Assembly: GCA_945889315.1 (NCBI GenBank)
Contig: CAMDBP010000003.1
Span: forward strand, 326-64,325
Reading direction: 5' to 3'
DNA length: 64,000 nt
Source of the DNA: Chitinophaga pinensis
GTDB lineage: Bacteria > Bacteroidota > Bacteroidia > NS11-12g > UBA9320
The notes beneath the pieces are model-generated. The model made no database searches, was not told where the DNA came from, and worked only from the letters and a program-made list of their open reading frames with translations. Made by a program: the position numbers and the translations under genes. Below, in pieces: positions 1 through 9,721 of the stretch; position 1 is the stretch's first letter, and each line of letters opens with the position of its first letter.

Positions 1-2
1 AA

Positions 3-2150
3 ATGCAAAAAGAAACCTTTAGTTATGACAATAAAATTGTCCGGAATTTTGCGGTAGCCACCGCAATATGGGGTGTTGTAGGTATGCTCGTGGGGGTAAT
101 CATTGCTTCGCAATTGTTCGAACCATATCTTAATTTTAATACCCGATATATCTCTTTTGGCAGGTTACGCCCGCTGCATACCAATGCAATCATTTTTGCT
201 TTTGTAGGAAATGCCATTTTTATGGGAGTTTACTATTCTTTACAACGGTTAATGAAAACAAGAATGTACAGCGATACCCTGAGTAAAATCCATTTTTGGG
301 GTTGGCAACTTATCATCGTATCCGCTGCAATTACGTTGCCACTTGGTATTACTACATCCAAAGAGTATGCAGAGTTAGAATGGCCTATAGATATTGCTAT
401 TGCACTTATTTGGGTTGTTTTCGGCTGGAATATGTTCGGTACTATTTACAAACGACGAGAGAAACATCTTTACGTAGCGATTTGGTTTTATATCGCCACA
501 TTCGTAACGGTAGCTATGCTTCATATTGTGAATAGCTTTGCTTTGCCTATCGGATTTTTTAAGTCGTATTCCGCCTTTGCAGGGGTACAAGATGCACTCG
601 TACAGTGGTGGTATGGTCATAATGCGGTGGCATTTTTCTTGACGACACCTTTTTTAGGATTGATGTACTACTTCATGCCCAAAATGGCAAACAGGCCCAT
701 CTATTCTTACAAACTATCTATACTTCACTTTTGGTCACTGATTTTCTTGTATATCTGGGCGGGTCCTCACCACTTGTTGTACACCAGTTTGCCCGGTTGG
801 GCACAAAACCTAGGTGTAGTATTTAGTATTATGCTTATTGCGCCTTCTTGGGGTGGTATGCTAAATGGTTTATTAACGCTTCGTGGGGCGTGGGACAAGG
901 TACGCGATGACGCTATTCTTAAGTTTATGGTGGTAGGGTTAACCGCTTACGGTATGGCCACTTTTGAAGGCCCTATGTTGTCACTTAAAAATGTAAATGC
1001 CATCGCTCACTTTACCGACTGGATTGTAGCCCACGTGCACATAGGAGCATTGGGATGGAATGGACTATTAACATTCGCCATTTTATATTACATCGTTCCG
1101 CGTATTTACGAAACCAACATCTACTCTAAAAAAGCCATCAATGTGCATTTTTGGCTAGCTACAATGGGTATACTTTTTTATGCTATTCCTATGTATTTCA
1201 GTGGTTTTACCCAAGGACTCATGTGGAAGGAATTTACCGCCGACGGTATGCTGCGCTATCCTAACTTTTTAGAAACTACGTTGCAAGTATTGCCTATGCA
1301 CATGCTGCGTGCTTTTGGTGGTTTGTTATACTTAACCGGAGCTTGCTTAATGGTTTGGAATCTTTGGAAAACTGCTAAATCAGGGAAATTAGTTCCTAAC
1401 GAAGCAGCAGAAGCGTACCCGCTCGTAAAAGAAGAACCCGGAGAAGTACAGGTAGCCTATTGGCACCGCTGGATTGAAAGACGCCCTACACAACTGCTTA
1501 TTTTTTCATTTATCGCAGTGGCAATTGGCGGAGTGGTAGAGTTTATACCAACATTTTTAGTAGAAAGCAATGTAAAAACAATACCCAGTGTGGTGCCTTA
1601 TTCTCCCTTAGAACTTGAAGGAAGAGATATTTACATACGTGAAGGGTGTAACAATTGCCACTCGCAGCAAGTTCGTCCTTTTCGTTCCGAAACTGTGCGC
1701 TATGGTGATTACTCTAAAGCGGGTGAAAATGTGTACGACCATCCTTTTTTATGGGGTAGTAAACGCACAGGGCCTGATTTGGCGAGAGCAGGCAATACCT
1801 CCAGTAAAATGTATAAAGATGCTGAGTGGCATTATCGCCATATGAAAGACCCGAGAAGTACCTCGCCGGGTTCTATCATGCCTGCTTATCCATGGCTTAT
1901 TGAAGAGGATGGTGACTACAGCAAGATTGCCGATAAAATTACGGTAATGCGCAAGTTAGGAGTGCCCTATGAGCAAGGTTACGAGAAAATGGCTAAGTCG
2001 GATTTAGACGAACAAGCTCAGCAGATAGCAACATATTTACTGAAAGCAAAAGGTATTAAAGTATCCAGAGAGAAAGAAATAATAGCAGTTATCGCCTACT
2101 TACACAAGCTAGGCAGAGATATTAACGTAAAACAAACAACAACAAACTAA
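3..2150 (+). CDS. ccoNO: cbb3-type cytochrome c oxidase, fused subunits I+II (CcoN-CcoO)
   Basis: Polytopic heme-copper oxidase N-part (WWYGHNAV, HFTDWIVAHVH). The C-part has a TM helix and the heme-c motif CNNCH. ccoQ/P/G/H-like genes follow. Confidence 0.9.
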   Translation: MQKETFSYDNKIVRNFAVATAIWGVVGMLVGVIIASQLFEPYLNFNTRYISFGRLRPLHTNAIIFAFVGNAIFMGVYYSLQRLMKTRMYSDTLSKIHFWGWQLIIVSAAITLPLGITTSKEYAELEWPIDIAIALIWVVFGWNMFGTIYKRREKHLYVAIWFYIATFVTVAMLHIVNSFALPIGFFKSYSAFAGVQDALVQWWYGHNAVAFFLTTPFLGLMYYFMPKMANRPIYSYKLSILHFWSLIFLYIWAGPHHLLYTSLPGWAQNLGVVFSIMLIAPSWGGMLNGLLTLRGAWDKVRDDAILKFMVVGLTAYGMATFEGPMLSLKNVNAIAHFTDWIVAHVHIGALGWNGLLTFAILYYIVPRIYETNIYSKKAINVHFWLATMGILFYAIPMYFSGFTQGLMWKEFTADGMLRYPNFLETTLQVLPMHMLRAFGGLLYLTGACLMVWNLWKTAKSGKLVPNEAAEAYPLVKEEPGEVQVAYWHRWIERRPTQLLIFSFIAVAIGGVVEFIPTFLVESNVKTIPSVVPYSPLELEGRDIYIREGCNNCHSQQVRPFRSETVRYGDYSKAGENVYDHPFLWGSKRTGPDLARAGNTSSKMYKDAEWHYRHMKDPRSTSPGSIMPAYPWLIEEDGDYSKIADKITVMRKLGVPYEQGYEKMAKSDLDEQAQQIATYLLKAKGIKVSREKEIIAVIAYLHKLGRDINVKQTTTN

Positions 2151-2151
2151 A

Positions 2152-2334
2152 ATGATGGGAAAGATGATAGGCTACGTAGAAGGAGCAGAAATATATCTGA
2201 TAATTGCCCTTCTGCTTTTTTTAGGTGTATTTATTTCTGTCTTTATTTATCTGTTTTCAGTAAGCAAAGAACAACTCGCAGCATTAGCAAATTTACCTTT
2301 AGAAACATCAAATAATCAAGATCATGAAGTATAA
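2152..2334 (+). CDS. small single-TM protein in the CcoQ position of the cbb3 operon
   Basis: 60 aa with one hydrophobic helix. It starts 1 nt after the ccoNO stop and overlaps the next gene by 11 nt. Confidence 0.55.
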   Translation: MMGKMIGYVEGAEIYLIIALLLFLGVFISVFIYLFSVSKEQLAALANLPLETSNNQDHEV

Positions 2335-3211
2335 ACTCCCTTTTTTAATCACAGGAATATGGTCAACTACCTATAGCTATGGGCAAGCTGCGGAAGTAAC
2401 AACAAGTGGATTTTCTAATTCTTTATTATGGATTTTTTATATCGTGTTAGGATTATTACTCCTGATTACGGTTATGCTCTACCTCGTATCTAAAGAGCTG
2501 AAGCGCTTTGTTTTAAACAAAAACGAAACCGAAGAGACTAAGTTGTGGGACAGTCGCAGTAGTTGGGAAAAAGTATTTCAATTAAAACCAGTTGGAACGG
2601 ATACAGATACGCTTATCAATGAGCCTCATGACGGTATCTACGAATTAGATAACCCACCGCCACCGTGGTTTATGTTTTTGTTTTACGGATGTATTGTTAT
2701 TGCAGCCATCTATTTTGTGCGTTTTAATGTCACTGATTATGGCTATACACAAGAAGATGAGTACATCGCAGAAGTGCAAGCCGCAGAAGTGAAGCAGTTG
2801 GCTAATTTAGTTAGCGAGGATCAAACGATTGACGAGAATAATGTGGTAGAGTCTGTTGAAATTTCCGATATTGAGGCAGGAAAAATGGTGTATATACAGA
2901 ATTGTAAAGTATGCCACGATGAGGGCGGCAAAGGCAATACGGGTCCCAATCTTAGCGATGAGTATTGGAAAAATGGAGGTGAAACGAAGGCGATTTTTAA
3001 AACCATAAAATATGGAGTAATCGAAAAAGGAATGCGGGCTTGGGGTGATGACCTTAGTCCTAAAAAAATACAGCAAGTTATTTCCTATATCATAACCTTA
3101 CGTGGGACAAATCCGCCAGGAGCAAAAGCACCAGAAGGTGACAAGTGGGTACCGGAAATTAGTGTCAAAAAAGACAGCACCATCGCAATGACCAAAGCGC
3201 TACGCCGCTAA
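2324..3211 (+). CDS. ccoP: cbb3 oxidase subunit III-like membrane c-type cytochrome (monoheme)
   Basis: TM segments plus a single CKVCH heme-binding motif and a cytochrome-c-like C-terminus. Operon position supports the call. Confidence 0.8.
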   Translation: MKYKLPFLITGIWSTTYSYGQAAEVTTSGFSNSLLWIFYIVLGLLLLITVMLYLVSKELKRFVLNKNETEETKLWDSRSSWEKVFQLKPVGTDTDTLINEPHDGIYELDNPPPPWFMFLFYGCIVIAAIYFVRFNVTDYGYTQEDEYIAEVQAAEVKQLANLVSEDQTIDENNVVESVEISDIEAGKMVYIQNCKVCHDEGGKGNTGPNLSDEYWKNGGETKAIFKTIKYGVIEKGMRAWGDDLSPKKIQQVISYIITLRGTNPPGAKAPEGDKWVPEISVKKDSTIAMTKALRR

Positions 3212-3214
3212 TAT

Positions 3215-4627
3215 ATGCATAAAAATGAGAGTTCAGATAGCTTTAGAGATCACGTCGCCCATCAAAGCAAAGAAGGGAAGCGGGAATGGATTTATCCTAA
3301 AATTATCAAAGGGAAGTTTTACGCGTATAGATCCTATTTTAGTTGGTTCTTGTTGCTCCTCTTTTTTGCAGCACCGTTTATCAAAATAAATGGTTATCCG
3401 CTCCTGCTGCTCAATGTGCTAGAGCGTAAGTTCGTCATTTTTGGACAACCGTTTTGGCCGCAAGACTTTCATGTCTTTGTTTTTTTAACGCTCACTTTCT
3501 TATTGTTTATCGTTCTTTTTACCGTCATATTTGGCAGAGTATGGTGTGGTTGGGCTTGTCCTCAAACGATTTTTATGGAAATGGTATTTCGCAGGCTCGA
3601 AAATGCTATCGAAGGTAATTCTGTTCAGCAAAAAAAACTAGACTCTATGCCGTGGAATATTGAAAAAATAAGCAAAAAAACAATCAAGCATAGTTTGTTT
3701 TATGGTGTATCGCTACTCATTTCACATACTTTTTTAGCCTATATCATAGGATACGAAGTGTTGTGGGCTAAAATTACAGGACCCTTTTCAGAGAACTATG
3801 TAACCTTGATAAGTTTGGTGGGATTTTCTTTTGTTTTTTATTTGGTATTTGCCAAGATGCGTGAGCTGGTGTGCATTATGGCCTGCCCATACGGTAGGCT
3901 TCAAGGAGTAATGCTCGACCCTAACAGTATGGTGGTAGCCTATGATGATGTTCGGGGTGAACCTAGACGTAAATTGAAAAAGACGAAAATCCACGATGAG
4001 CTCGGCGACTGTGTAGATTGCGGCTTATGTGTAGATGTATGTCCCACAGGTATTGATATTCGAAACGGTACACAACTGGAGTGCATCAACTGCACGATGT
4101 GTATAGATGCCTGCGATGGTGTTATGAAAAAAATTAATCGCGCGGTAGGACTCATTCGTGTAGATTCCAAGAATAATATTGACCAGAATATAGGCTTTAG
4201 GTTATCTCCCCGAATCATTGCTTACTCCGTGGTGATGTTTTTGTTAGTTGGTGTTTCGGTTGCTATTTTGGCCACGCGTAAAAGTGTAGAAGCTCATGTC
4301 TTTAGAATACCCGGCAGTACGTATTCTGAAAATGAAGATGGCAAAATAACCAATATGTACACGCTTGAGTTAGTAAATAAAACGTTTGAGGATAAGACCT
4401 TTGGAGTGCAACTGAGGCCTTCAAATTCGGGTACAAATGCCCAGCTTTTTCTTACCGATCAGGATTCTATTTTACAGCTAAATCAAGAAGAAAAAAAAGT
4501 AATAATGATTACCATGGAACAACGAGCTATTCATGAAAATGATGTACCCATGCAATTGGATGTGTATGTAAATGGGGAGATAATCAATAGGATAAACACT
4601 AGTTTTCTAGCTCCCGTAAGGCAATGA
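3215..4627 (+). CDS. ccoG: cytochrome c oxidase accessory protein CcoG (4Fe-4S ferredoxin-type membrane protein)
   Basis: Two ferredoxin cysteine clusters (CVDCGLCVDVCP and CINCTMCIDAC), TM helices, and a position after ccoP. Confidence 0.85.
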   Translation: MHKNESSDSFRDHVAHQSKEGKREWIYPKIIKGKFYAYRSYFSWFLLLLFFAAPFIKINGYPLLLLNVLERKFVIFGQPFWPQDFHVFVFLTLTFLLFIVLFTVIFGRVWCGWACPQTIFMEMVFRRLENAIEGNSVQQKKLDSMPWNIEKISKKTIKHSLFYGVSLLISHTFLAYIIGYEVLWAKITGPFSENYVTLISLVGFSFVFYLVFAKMRELVCIMACPYGRLQGVMLDPNSMVVAYDDVRGEPRRKLKKTKIHDELGDCVDCGLCVDVCPTGIDIRNGTQLECINCTMCIDACDGVMKKINRAVGLIRVDSKNNIDQNIGFRLSPRIIAYSVVMFLLVGVSVAILATRKSVEAHVFRIPGSTYSENEDGKITNMYTLELVNKTFEDKTFGVQLRPSNSGTNAQLFLTDQDSILQLNQEEKKVIMITMEQRAIHENDVPMQLDVYVNGEIINRINTSFLAPVRQ

Positions 4628-5046
4628 GATTAGATTGGTCTAGACTCGTAATAGGGGTCATGGTGGTATTTGTACTCTCCATTGTGAGTATGGGCGTCAA
4701 AATGATAGGCGCACGAGAAGCTTTGTATGAAGAAGACTACTACGAGCAGGGTGAGATGTATGCCTCCCGAATGGACAAGGAGCGCGTTGCCAGTGCTGTG
4801 TTTGTTTCGTTAGATGGAAATCAGTTGGACATACGCTTTGATAGCGCGGGATATGTTCTGGCATATAGACTGATATGTCTTTCGGATAGTAAAGCAGATT
4901 TCAGGGAAATGAGCTCTTCGCGTGATGCAGTTCATCGCCAATCATTTCTCCTTACCCACATCTTGAAAGAGGGAAACTGGATGATCGAAATGGAAGGGGT
5001 GGTAAATGATAATTCCTTCTTTAAAAAGCAAGCGTTTGTGCGATGA
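4624..5046 (+). CDS. FixH/CcoH-family protein
   Basis: 140 aa with an N-terminal TM anchor. ATGA start/stop overlap with ccoG, in the canonical position. Confidence 0.6.
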   Translation: MRLDWSRLVIGVMVVFVLSIVSMGVKMIGAREALYEEDYYEQGEMYASRMDKERVASAVFVSLDGNQLDIRFDSAGYVLAYRLICLSDSKADFREMSSSRDAVHRQSFLLTHILKEGNWMIEMEGVVNDNSFFKKQAFVR

Positions 5047-5714
5047 TGTGGTCTGCATTTTTGTTGGGATTATTGGGTAGTTTTCATTGTGCCGCCATGT
5101 GTGGTCCGTTGATGTTAGGATTGGGTGCTCGCGGGTATTCGCTATTCAATTTGGTGGTACATCACGTGGGTAGATGGATCGGATATAGTGCATTAGCATT
5201 TGTGTTTCGCTTGGCAGTTTCGCCCTTGTATCTATTTGAATTGCAGCAATATATAGCATTTTTAAGTGGAGTTTTTTTGATTGTTTTTGGCCTGAAAGCG
5301 CATGTACCCTTAGTGCAAATGACCTTTGCCAAACTGACGCAGGCGGTATCTAGTCAAATGAATACTTTACATGCAGCAAGAACAGGTAGTCTGTTTTTGG
5401 GTATTTTAAATGGACTTTTACCTTGCGGACTTTCTTTTGGTGCAGCGATACTTTCTCTAAACACAGCAACTTTCTGGCAATCTGCGGTTTATATGGTTAT
5501 TTTTGGACTAGGTACCATGCCAATGTTATGGGTAATAGCATACTTGCCCAGATTTGGAAAACAAGGTTTTATTCGGAATTTCAATAAATGGACGCCCAAG
5601 CTTATGGTAGCGATTGGTGTTGTGGTGATCATACGTTCTGCGGGATGGGGCATTCCCTTTATTAGTCCAACGTATAATGCGCAGGAGGGAAGGGCTGAAT
5701 GTTGCCAACGTTAA
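5043..5714 (+). CDS. TauE/SafE- or DsbD_2-like polytopic membrane protein
   Basis: N-terminal GSFHCAAMCGP motif, about 6 TM helices, and a 4-nt overlap with the fixH-like gene. Confidence 0.6.
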   Translation: MMWSAFLLGLLGSFHCAAMCGPLMLGLGARGYSLFNLVVHHVGRWIGYSALAFVFRLAVSPLYLFELQQYIAFLSGVFLIVFGLKAHVPLVQMTFAKLTQAVSSQMNTLHAARTGSLFLGILNGLLPCGLSFGAAILSLNTATFWQSAVYMVIFGLGTMPMLWVIAYLPRFGKQGFIRNFNKWTPKLMVAIGVVVIIRSAGWGIPFISPTYNAQEGRAECCQR

Positions 5715-5802
5715 CTAGCAATTAGAAACCCAAAACGTTTTTGCAAGTTATCACCTTACTAATTTCGTTCGGCTTTAGAAATCAAAGATTGAATACCTGG
5801 AA

Positions 5803-5860
5803 AGAGAACAAAACTATGCTTATTAGCCCGCTCTGAGAAGTGAAACGGTTCTCTGTTTTT
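5803..5860 (+). terminator. possible long-loop hairpin terminator after the cco cluster
   Basis: AGAGAAC (5803-5809) pairs with GTTCTCT (5848-5854), followed by GTTTTT. The loop is long, so support is weak. Confidence 0.3.
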
Positions 5861-6080
5861 ACGTAGCCTGGCCAAGATTCACTTTCTAACGTATTCCTAT
5901 ACTCTCTCCGGTATGTTCATTGTCCATGGATTGAAGTGATAAGGAACTACCTATTTTGGTAATAGCGGCTCATGCGTATACACCATAAAAGCTAATAAGA
6001 TCTGTCACTTTTTAAGAACACCAATTGGGTGTTTAAATCAAAAACGGATTTGAGGTGTTATGCTATAAGACCATACCTTT

Positions 6081-6677
6081 ATGAAATTACTTTTAGCGCT
6101 ATCTGTTACACTAATACTTGTTTTTGTGATCATACAATTATATGCTAGAAAAAGCCAGCAAGACATTGAAACCTATCCCTACACCGTTATAAAGACGTAT
6201 GAAGGGTTTGAGATTCGCCAATATGAATCCCGTTTATTTACTTCCGTGAAGCTATCCTCTAACGACTACAGTAAAGTATCGGGACAGGGATTTTCTATAT
6301 TGGCAGGTTATATTTTTGGGGGTAACGCAAGCAACGAGAAAATAGCCATGACTTCTCCCGTAGCTATGACCTTAGATGATTCTATGACGATGATGTTTAT
6401 GGTGCCCAAAGACAATGAAAATAATCTCCCAAAACCAAATGATAATCAGATTCAGTTCAAAGAAGAGCCTGCAAAAATAGTAGCGGCAATCACCTTTGGA
6501 GGATGGGCCAATCAGGATAAAATAGCGCAATACAAAAAACAATTGGTGGAAGGACTCCAAGCTCAAAATATTGCCCATACCAATCAATTTTACTTTTTAG
6601 GGTACAATGCGCCATACGAAACGAGCAATCGCCGTAATGAAGTAATCGTCGTGTTAGATAGTTTCTCTCTAGACTAA
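6081..6677 (+). CDS. SOUL heme-binding family protein with N-terminal TM/signal anchor
   Basis: YPYTVIKTYEGFEIRQYE and GGNASNEKIAMTSPV are SOUL/HBP-type signature stretches. Confidence 0.7.
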   Translation: MKLLLALSVTLILVFVIIQLYARKSQQDIETYPYTVIKTYEGFEIRQYESRLFTSVKLSSNDYSKVSGQGFSILAGYIFGGNASNEKIAMTSPVAMTLDDSMTMMFMVPKDNENNLPKPNDNQIQFKEEPAKIVAAITFGGWANQDKIAQYKKQLVEGLQAQNIAHTNQFYFLGYNAPYETSNRRNEVIVVLDSFSLD

Positions 6678-6759
6678 GTATACAAGGCTAGGAGGGAAGC
6701 ACGAACCTTGGAGAATACGCTTAGCTAACGTTGCGAGCGAAAACTTGCTTGCAACTAGG

Positions 6760-7638
6760 CTACTCAAATGGTAATTCGTTTTGCTCGTATTTATTATGGA
6801 TTATGATTATGGCTAGTCCAAAAAGAACCGCGACTAAAATTAAGACGGTACTTATCAATCCACTCACGCCGAATGACATTCGAATCAATATCGTTGAAAC
6901 TACGAAGCCAGAATTCCTGATTATTTTATGAAATTTATCGGTATAAAAGAAGGATATAAGTAGAAGAACGACATCCACTAGAATAAGAACAGTAAAAAAT
7001 TCTTCAAAAAACAAATTGTTAATTTTTTCAAAACTCGGCAATTGATGAGATCCAAACGTAACGTCTGAAGTCCAGTTAAGAAGGGTAAACAACGCCATAC
7101 TAAAAAATATGGGAACTAAAAAAACGGCAATTACTTTCTTGCTGTGAATGAATCCTCGAAATAGCGGTTTAGTTTCATTTTCCAACTGTAGTTTTCGAGT
7201 ACCGTGGCTGTAAAACAGAAAAATAAGATAAAACAATATGATGGATGCCAGAATATCATAGGTGAATTGCAAATCCCCTTTTACTTCAAACCAATTAGAC
7301 GTAAGTTCAATAGAAGATAAATCTTTGAATAATTTCCGGATGATAATGAGGGTAATAATTTCGTATTGCTTAGTGATGTAAGTGGTAAATGACTTGGGTA
7401 GATAGTATATCAGTAAGTACACCTCGTAAATAAGTATAAATGAGAATGGAGTATAAATGGCGGATATCGGATTTTTAAATAAATCTGAATCTAACTGTAT
7501 AAAACCGAACTTACATAGGTAAAGTAAAATTAGGTGGATGAAAAACCCAGCTAACGCTACATACAGTATTGTTTTTTCAATTCGCTCTTTGGCGTAATTA
7601 GATAGAAAAATAGAATAGAGCCTGTTTATTAATTTCAT
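6760..7638 (-). CDS. polytopic membrane protein, function unknown
   Basis: About 7 hydrophobic helices. The ATG at 7638 (MKLINRLY) is preferred over the longer ORF-track start at 7686. Confidence 0.55.
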   Translation of the reverse strand: MKLINRLYSIFLSNYAKERIEKTILYVALAGFFIHLILLYLCKFGFIQLDSDLFKNPISAIYTPFSFILIYEVYLLIYYLPKSFTTYITKQYEIITLIIIRKLFKDLSSIELTSNWFEVKGDLQFTYDILASIILFYLIFLFYSHGTRKLQLENETKPLFRGFIHSKKVIAVFLVPIFFSMALFTLLNWTSDVTFGSHQLPSFEKINNLFFEEFFTVLILVDVVLLLISFFYTDKFHKIIRNSGFVVSTILIRMSFGVSGLISTVLILVAVLFGLAIIIIHNKYEQNELPFE

Positions 7639-8012
7639 TGTTTTACATCTATTTAAACTGCTGCACCAATTATTTTGAAGGCTCAATTACACTTTTTATT
7701 TCCGTTATACGCTGGTCTTGCTGTCACGGCAAGGTACGTAATCGCTTTCTGGTAAGTATCCATTCCATGAGTTAAACCCAATAAAATGTAGTTGAAGCGA
7801 TGTAAAAAGCAAAAAAGTAGTCTTTGTTATTTTTGGTGTGACCAAATCTACAAAAACCTTATTATAAATACAACGGATATTTTTGAGGAATGGGAATTAG
7901 CCATGCTCAGATAGGCGTGAAGCTTTCGATTATAAGGGTTTTCCTAAAAAACGAATAGGGTGAGGCGGGTAAATTGATTAGGAACGATGTTTCATTTGCA
8001 GCTACACGTACG

Positions 8013-9656
8013 TTATTTTAGAATTATTTTCTTAGTAAACAGATGTTTATGTTCATCCCTGAGTTGTATACTATAAACTCCTTTAGATTCTGTCGTCAGG
8101 TTTATCTCGAGAGGATGTTTCTGATTAATATTTGAAACGGAATAACGAGTTTCGCCTAAGGTATTTATAATGGTTAGTTCTGAAATAGTTAACGATGTTT
8201 TTACAGTGAATATTCCGTTACTTGGATTTGGATAAACTATAATAAGATCATCATCTGTTTTTAATACCTTACTGGACGAAGAATTTGGGCATAGATAGGA
8301 TGGACCTACATCGCATAATACTAGTGGATGCTTAGTGCTCATATCGTTAGAAAATTCATCACAGCCGATGTCTTTTATATCCCGCGAAGTGGGTCTTAGT
8401 TGCCCCTCAATATCAAACAAAATAGTGGGGTCATCGTCAATATCAGGTATATTTAGTAAAGTAGGATAAGCTGCACTGGAATTATTAATAGCGGGACTTG
8501 TTGCAGATAAGCCATAATAGCTATTTGCATTTAGTATCAACTGTGGGTTTGTATTCTGCATTCCTGTCGAGATAGGAACCCCAAGTGTGCCCTCATACAG
8601 ATTTCCCACAAAAGTTATCCCGGCAACAGAACCCGTAAATAAGTTACCCGAAGTATTCTTAAAAATATTGTTTGCCCAGGTATTTAAAGAGGAACTTGAA
8701 TCAAGCACAATTGGTGAACCCCCCACAAATGTGTTGTGAATAAAATTAAGATTAACTAGTGATCCTGTAACAAAAACATATTTTACAGGGGCAGTTACAG
8801 TGCCATTTCCGCAGTTTTCAAAATAGTTGTTATAGCAATAAATATCGTTGGCTTGCTTAATCCTAATACCCCCAGAATTAATAAAGAAATTGCTGTAAGC
8901 ACTATTGTTATTCCCATTTCGAAAACAGAAATTACCATCTAAGTTATTTACCATGGTGTTATAACGGATTACATTTTCTTCACTTTTCACCGAAATAACT
9001 TCGCTATCTCCAGCTCCTGTATTGCTAAAAAAGCAATGTTCAATAACCGCACGTGCTTTATATGTTGATGGTGTTCCATTGGTAATACGAATACATTCAT
9101 TTCCATTGTCTCCACCTGCCCCTGGTATATGTTGAAATGAGCAATAACGTATTAGTGCGTAGGTGGGAGTTTCATCTGCTCGGGTTGCTATATGAATTAG
9201 GTTACCAATAGGAGCGGAAGTTGGCTTGTTTTCAAAATTACAGTACGTTACTTGGTCATATTGTCCTTTTAGAGTGATGTATTTTTGAGCTGAATATCCA
9301 TTAAAATTTAGGTGAGTCAATACATCATTATTTCCTTCTACGGAAATCACTATTCCCTGAATGCTTCCGGCAGTAAATTGGAAGCCGCCAAACGTTACAT
9401 AATTTCCTGTAATGACAATTTCATTGGTTCCATTTAAATAAACACCGCCCGGAGTTGCAGCCATTACCGTTATATTGCTTGTTGCAATACGGATTGAATT
9501 GTTTTGATACGTACCATCGGCAAGTAGTATCGTGTCTCCTGCATACGAGGCATTAACGGCTGATTGTAAAGCAACTATGTTCGAAACAGTACTAGTGCGT
9601 GCCATTGCAAAATAGAAATTCACAAGGACCAATAGGGCAAAGCTCAATCGTTTCAT
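8013..9656 (-). CDS. right-handed beta-helix polysaccharide lyase (PL6/chondroitinase-B-like) with T9SS C-terminal sorting domain
   Basis: Signal peptide and repetitive beta-helix turns (NGNFCFRNGNNN, FFINSGGIRI). C-terminus VYPNPSNGIFTV...GVYSIQL...KKIILK is typical of Por_Secre_tail. Confidence 0.7.
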   Translation of the reverse strand: MKRLSFALLVLVNFYFAMARTSTVSNIVALQSAVNASYAGDTILLADGTYQNNSIRIATSNITVMAATPGGVYLNGTNEIVITGNYVTFGGFQFTAGSIQGIVISVEGNNDVLTHLNFNGYSAQKYITLKGQYDQVTYCNFENKPTSAPIGNLIHIATRADETPTYALIRYCSFQHIPGAGGDNGNECIRITNGTPSTYKARAVIEHCFFSNTGAGDSEVISVKSEENVIRYNTMVNNLDGNFCFRNGNNNSAYSNFFINSGGIRIKQANDIYCYNNYFENCGNGTVTAPVKYVFVTGSLVNLNFIHNTFVGGSPIVLDSSSSLNTWANNIFKNTSGNLFTGSVAGITFVGNLYEGTLGVPISTGMQNTNPQLILNANSYYGLSATSPAINNSSAAYPTLLNIPDIDDDPTILFDIEGQLRPTSRDIKDIGCDEFSNDMSTKHPLVLCDVGPSYLCPNSSSSKVLKTDDDLIIVYPNPSNGIFTVKTSLTISELTIINTLGETRYSVSNINQKHPLEINLTTESKGVYSIQLRDEHKHLFTKKIILK

Positions 9657-9721
9657 GTAGTTAATATTTTAGTATATGTTGTGCCTCTAATTTTAATGGA
9701 GACTGTTTACCTATGGTGCTA

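Noticed and set aside
5715-6080. 366-bp spacer with locally higher GC and several hairpins; considered a riboswitch, ncRNA or pseudogene
   Set aside because: I found no match to signatures I can recognise (RNase P, tmRNA, 6S, SRP, cobalamin/SAM/TPP boxes) and no extended ORF in any frame. It is left unassigned, and a covariance-model scan (Rfam/Infernal) would settle it.
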